The notes under the pieces were generated by a model. The model ran no database searches. It had not been told where the DNA came from and saw only the letters and a list, made by a program, of their open reading frames with translations. A stretch of DNA of 25,575 nt from NCBI GenBank assembly GCA_964250275.1, contig CAXUFU010000001.1, positions 4,909-30,483 of the forward strand, given 5' to 3'. Source of the stretch: an uncultured Chthoniobacterales bacterium. Its GTDB lineage: Bacteria; Verrucomicrobiota; Verrucomicrobiia; Chthoniobacterales; SZAS-18. This document shows positions 22,901 to 25,575 of the stretch, piece after piece. How positions within the stretch are numbered: position 1 is the first letter of the stretch; every line of letters begins with the position of its first letter. The position numbers were made by a program, and so were the translations under genes.

Positions 22901-25575
22901 GCTGATGAAAGCGTCGTAGGGCAAAAACGTGAGGGCCAAGCAGACCTGACCCAACTGCCGTCCGCACGCACTGGCCGCTCCGCGCAGGTGCATGGTCCAC
23001 GGCAGATCGGCCGGTTTCCTCCAGAGCCCCACGAGGGCCGATAACAGCCCGGGTAGCGCGATGAGACCAAAGACCAGGAGCGATCCCAAGTACCCGAGTG
23101 TGGGTGCCAAGAGCCAGGCACCCAAGGTAAACAAAACCAAGGCCATCGGGACCAGGCTGCGCCGCACGTTATCGAAGATCTTCCAGCGCGAGAGACCCGA
23201 AAGCGGATTGGCACCGCGACTGGCGTCGGAGCCGGGAACCCGCGTAAACTGCCAATCGCCGCGCATCCAGCGGTGCCGCCGGGCCACATCCACGTTGTAG
23301 CGCGAGGGATGCTCTTCATAAAACTCTACGTCGCTGACCAGGGCCGAACGCGCGTAACATGCTTCCAATAAGTCGTGGCTAAGCACCGTGTTCTCCGGGA
23401 AACGGCCGGCCATGGCGCGCTCGAAAGCGTCGACATCATAGATGCCCTTGCCGATGAATGAGCCTTCCTGGAAAAGGTCCTGGTAAACGTCGGACACTGC
23501 CCGCGTGTAGGGATCGATCCCGGCGTCGCCCGCCAGCAGCCGGACAAACCACGATCGCCGGGCACTCGGCAAGCTGACGCCCAGCCGCGGTTGCAGAATG
23601 CTATAGCCTGCCGTCACGAGGCCGCGCGCCGCATCGAACTTGGGGCGATTCAACCGGTGCGCCATCGTCCCCACCAGGCGCCGGGCGGCGTCCCGCGGAA
23701 GTTCCGTATCGGTGTCGAGCGTGATGACATATTTGATCCCTTGCAGCAGGGCCAGATCACCGAGGATGGTCGAGAAGCAATCCCGGGAACCGCCGCGCAA
23801 AAGAGCGTTGAACTCCGCGAGCTTGCCGCGCTTGCGTTCGTAGCCCATCCAGCGGTCTTCGGCGGCGTTCCAGCGGCGAGGACGATGGAACAAACAGAAG
23901 AGACTCTTGCCCCCGGCCGCATATTTGCGGTTGAGCATCTCGACTCCGGCCACCGCGCGCTGCAGCAACCCCGCGTCTTGCGGCAGGCTCTCTGCCGCCG
24001 CGTCGCGGAAGTCGGTCAGCAAACCGAACTGGAGGTGCGGACCGCGATTGCCGAGATGATGGATCTCCAAGCTTTCAATCAGCCGATCGACGCCGGCGAG
24101 ACTCGTTAGCATCGTCGGCACAACTACCATCGTGCTGCCCTCGACGGGTATGCCGGCGGCATAATTCATCCGGGGCAAGGGCTGCGGTTTCACCAACAGC
24201 GTGGAAAGCCAGTTCAGCAGCGCCACCGCCAGTTGGCTGGCGCAAAGCACAAACGCCAGCGTGCAGAGAAGCAATCTCCAGCCCGCCACCTGGAACATCT
24301 GGGACTCCCGCACAAACCCCAACGTGAATAGCAAGGTCAGCAGGCCGATGCCGCCCACATAGAAGGTTAAGGGAAAGCGGTGGATGCCGCGGGCCAGCAG
24401 CGTGCGGGCGGGCCAATGCACCTCCGCGTCGCGTCCCAGGATGGCGTGTCCCTTATCGACGAGGTAAAAGCCGACGTGCGCCATCCGATCCTCGCGTCCT
24501 TTTTGGCCGGCGCTTTCGCCCGCCAGTTTGATCGCGCGGCGGGCGATATCCACTTCCGAGACCCGGCTATAGCGGGCGAGTGACTCAACGGAGTGGCGGT
24601 AGCGATCGCGCGTGGCAAAGTCCATCGCCCGATAAATGCCGGCTGGATCCAACCTGAGTGTCTCCTCGACCGCGCTCAAAGACTCGACAAATTCCTTCCA
24701 GTCCGTGGCGCTCAGAAAACGCAGGCTCGCGATGCTGTGGCTGACGGAAACGCGGTCGGCGGCTTGGTTTTGGCTTTCCTGCTGGACCAGCTCATCGATG
24801 GACAACCCTTGCTGGACCAGGCGCTGTTCCAGCCAGGTGCGCGCCAGGTGCGAGACGGGACTCTGCCGTGACAAACGCTGGCACACCTCCGCGACGAACG
24901 AACTGGAAAAAGGCAGGTCGGCTCTCGCCATATCCGCCACGACCAGAACCAGATGGGAGGGGTTTTGCTCGGCCATCTCCTGCAGACGGTCGGCCCAGAG
25001 GTTCGCCACCTCGCGATCCTCCTTGGCGAGAATCAGCCGGGTAGCCACGCGCTGCAGATTCTCGATCAACGCCAGGCGCAGCATGATGGGGATCGCCCAG
25101 AGCTCGCCCAGGCGCAAAGAGCTGACGGTTTGATAAGCCGCGATGAAGGCGTTGAGCGGCCCGGCATCGATCTGCGCGTCCACGTGCGAGATCAATTCCA
25201 GGACGATGTCATACACGCGCGGCAACCCGGCAGAAGGACCCTGCAACAGGTGCGGCAGTTCCCGGCTATAACCCCGGGGCAGATGGCGCCTGGCCATCTG
25301 GATCTGCTCTTCGATCAGGTAAAAGTTATCGAGCAGCCACTCGCCGGCGGGACTGATGCGCTGATCCGGATTAGCCGCCAGCGCGGCGCGATTATAAGTG
25401 CGCAGACTCAGCTCGTTGGCGTCGAGCCGGGCCAGGAGCGGGTTAGCGGCTTTTTGCGTCGCGATCTGGTGTTTGGCCGCCAGTTCACTGGCATGGCGGG
25501 CGAGTTGTTCGGGGCTGAATAACTCGGCACGCAGCGGCGGCGCGCTGGCGAGAGGCCGCGATCTGACGATAGGAG
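16928..25575 (-). CDS. cgs: Cyclic beta-1,2-glucan synthase (GT84 + GH189-like cyclase + GH94 phosphorylase), 5'-partial, >2880 aa
   Basis: The frame stays open from 25297 to the window edge (PPLRAELFSPEQLARHA...PAGEWLLDNFYLIEEQIQMARRHLP), so the start is outside the window. GT part: MGYERKRGKL, TLDTDT, SFIGKGIYDV, SHDLLE, RRHRW. Then TM helices. Middle domain: YDLLASEARL, SWSGSMFEYLMP, PWGISES, MAHHQGM. GH94 part: GFRDQLQD, GDWNDGMN, RENGGQYTH, WYTGSAGW. Also called ndvB/chvB. Confidence 0.95.
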   Translation of the reverse strand, partial: PIVRSRPLASAPPLRAELFSPEQLARHASELAAKHQIATQKAANPLLARLDANELSLRTYNRAALAANPDQRISPAGEWLLDNFYLIEEQIQMARRHLPRGYSRELPHLLQGPSAGLPRVYDIVLELISHVDAQIDAGPLNAFIAAYQTVSSLRLGELWAIPIMLRLALIENLQRVATRLILAKEDREVANLWADRLQEMAEQNPSHLVLVVADMARADLPFSSSFVAEVCQRLSRQSPVSHLARTWLEQRLVQQGLSIDELVQQESQNQAADRVSVSHSIASLRFLSATDWKEFVESLSAVEETLRLDPAGIYRAMDFATRDRYRHSVESLARYSRVSEVDIARRAIKLAGESAGQKGREDRMAHVGFYLVDKGHAILGRDAEVHWPARTLLARGIHRFPLTFYVGGIGLLTLLFTLGFVRESQMFQVAGWRLLLCTLAFVLCASQLAVALLNWLSTLLVKPQPLPRMNYAAGIPVEGSTMVVVPTMLTSLAGVDRLIESLEIHHLGNRGPHLQFGLLTDFRDAAAESLPQDAGLLQRAVAGVEMLNRKYAAGGKSLFCLFHRPRRWNAAEDRWMGYERKRGKLAEFNALLRGGSRDCFSTILGDLALLQGIKYVITLDTDTELPRDAARRLVGTMAHRLNRPKFDAARGLVTAGYSILQPRLGVSLPSARRSWFVRLLAGDAGIDPYTRAVSDVYQDLFQEGSFIGKGIYDVDAFERAMAGRFPENTVLSHDLLEACYARSALVSDVEFYEEHPSRYNVDVARRHRWMRGDWQFTRVPGSDASRGANPLSGLSRWKIFDNVRRSLVPMALVLFTLGAWLLAPTLGYLGSLLVFGLIALPGLLSALVGLWRKPADLPWTMHLRGAASACGRQLGQVCLALTFLPYDAFISADAIGRTLVRMLFTHKRLLEWQTSSESERTPRADLAGFYATMWSAPIVAVVSAAVLLAWQPANALQALPFLGLWLAAPWIAWWISQPIESLTPDWTPDQLALLKRTARKTWYFFETFVTAQEHWLPPDNFQEVPAATIASRTSPTIMGLALLANLAALDCGYLSVGGLIRRTQDTLATMQRLQRYRGHFYNWYDTRTLEPLLPLYVSSVDSGNLAGHLLTLSSGLREQAEAELFAPPILAALRDTVAILLELKPHDAKLASLSASLQQPIASRRESFALLSQVTAVAVELTTAAANDGVEVKGWAQALQRMCDEHLAEAKLLAPWLTLAKPAGKGPQPLEVELAKLDEPLTLRGLEKLVTSLSPLIEQAWHDLPDEPVEVRKQRQVYLTELAHCMQEAGAQAHARLLTLEALAQESDTLAAMDFSFLFDQQRELFVTGFNVADLRRDSGFYDLLASEARLCSYVAIALGQVPQEHWFSLGRLLVSARAEPILVSWSGSMFEYLMPVLVMPNYQGTLLDHTCKAAVRRQIEYGKSLGVPWGISESGYNRTDVHLNYQYRAFGVPGLGLKRGLAEDVVIAPYASAMALMVAPAAACANLERLAAEKREGAFGFYEAIDYTPSRLPPGEKSAVIRSYMAHHQGMSLLAVANVLHDYPMQRRFLGCPLLKAADLLLQERVPKAMASVFTQDAAPESSRTLASENESRMRVFTNPTPPAPDVHLLSNGHYHVVITSAGGGYSRWGDLALTRWREDATLDNWGTFVYLRDLATGEFWSTSYQPTLKASEGYEAIFSQARAEFRQCQADIEVHTEISVSPEDDVELRRITLTNRASVAREIELTSYAEVVLAPPAADAAHPAFSDLFVQTEFDRKCSAILCTRRARTQEEKPPWLLHLLVGQQGEGLGDISCETDRAKFIGRARTLAAPAVMQGIAPLSGTTGSVLDPIVSLRRTVSLPPHGTAIINLVLGAAETREAAMAQVEKYQSVRMTERAFDLAWTHSQVTLRQLNATEMDAQLYDRIAGALIYANPARRADSSILRSNRRGQSGLWSYGVSGDAPVVLLRIQDVAKIEIVRQLVQAHAYWRLKGLTVELVILNEDVSVYRQPLYDQITSLIAAGTEAQLLDKPGGIFVCRLEQIPHEDRVLLQSVARIAVDDERGTLAEQMAVRSILEPLVPTFTPARSLGRETPRPLEARETIFQNGLGGFTRDGHEYVITLQPGQTTPAPWVNVLANPTFGTVVSESGSAYTWVENSHEFRLTPWSNDPVQDTTGEAFYIRDEVTGQVWSPTPLPARGATPYVIRHGFGYTVFEHCENGIASELWIYVAMDAPVKFNVLKLRNVSGRPRRLSATGYWEWVLGDLRQKSLLHVQTEVDLKSGALLARNYYNTEFPDRIAFIDTGDPSRSVTGDRREFLGRNGTLAEPAALKRTRLSGKVGAGLDPCGAVQVVFDLAVEEERETRFRLGVGRNLEDVHDLVRRFRGVDASRVALEGVWQYWNRALGAVNVDTPDPAVNVLANGWLLYQVLSCRFWGRTGFYQSGGAYGFRDQLQDVMALVHAEPALTREHLLRAASRQFREGDVQHWWHPPLGRGVRTHISDDYLWLPYVTCRYVACLGDTGVLDENISFLEARLVKPEEESYYDLPNRSEESATLYQHCVRAIKHGLTFGAHGLPLMGGGDWNDGMNLVGQAGRGESVWLAFFLYDVLTQFSRLAQSRQDAAFAELCRAEARTLKENIEAHTWDGAWYRRAYFDDGEPLGSQTNPECQIDSLPQSWSVISGAGDPARSRQAMQSVDQRLVRRDAGLIALFDPPFDKSALNPGYIKGYIPGVRENGGQYTHGAIWTVTAFALLGDTERAWELFSLLNPVHHSATPEQIAVYKVEPYVVAADVYGVTPHTGRGGWTWYTGSAGWMYRLLVETLLGVNLEGDQLRLHPRLPKAWPSCKIHYRFRQTVYHITFSRLPEDATDGPSLSLDGQNLTGQTVPLRDDHQEHTVEMKVR

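Noticed and set aside
16928-25297. Track start of cgs at ATG 25297
   Set aside because: The frame is open and homologous-looking (PLRAELFS, GEWLLDNFYLIEEQI) up to the window edge, so the true start is upstream.

Overview
GC-rich bacterial DNA, almost entirely coding. Most of it is a ~21.5-kb run of co-oriented minus-strand genes. In transcription order these are: a giant cyclic beta-1,2-glucan synthase (Cgs/NdvB/ChvB; begins beyond the right edge), a tandem PRC-barrel protein, an EGY-like site-2 protease, rpiB, phosphoketolase, a HAD-IIB phosphomannomutase/alpha-phosphoglucomutase-like gene, and a complete N-type ATPase operon (atpD-C-Q-R-B-E-F-A-G, no atpH). The HAD gene is broken by one in-frame TAG and overlaps atpD by GTGA. 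Three small exported-protein genes follow on the same strand: a Tyr/Gly/His-rich peptide, a SYLF/Ysc84 protein and an 11-mer-repeat LEA-like protein. The left end holds a Tat-exported oxalate decarboxylase (partial; missing from the ORF track), divergent from an outer-membrane barrel gene and a basic DUF6496-like gene. The main hypothesis (inference) is a linked glucan -> sugar-phosphate -> phosphoketolase -> ion-pumping ATPase module for stress or energy limitation, inside an acid/osmotic/desiccation-stress neighbourhood, with signs of early decay or sequence error in this copy. I saw no rRNA, tRNA, CRISPR array or transposase. All family assignments come from recalled motifs, not database searches.
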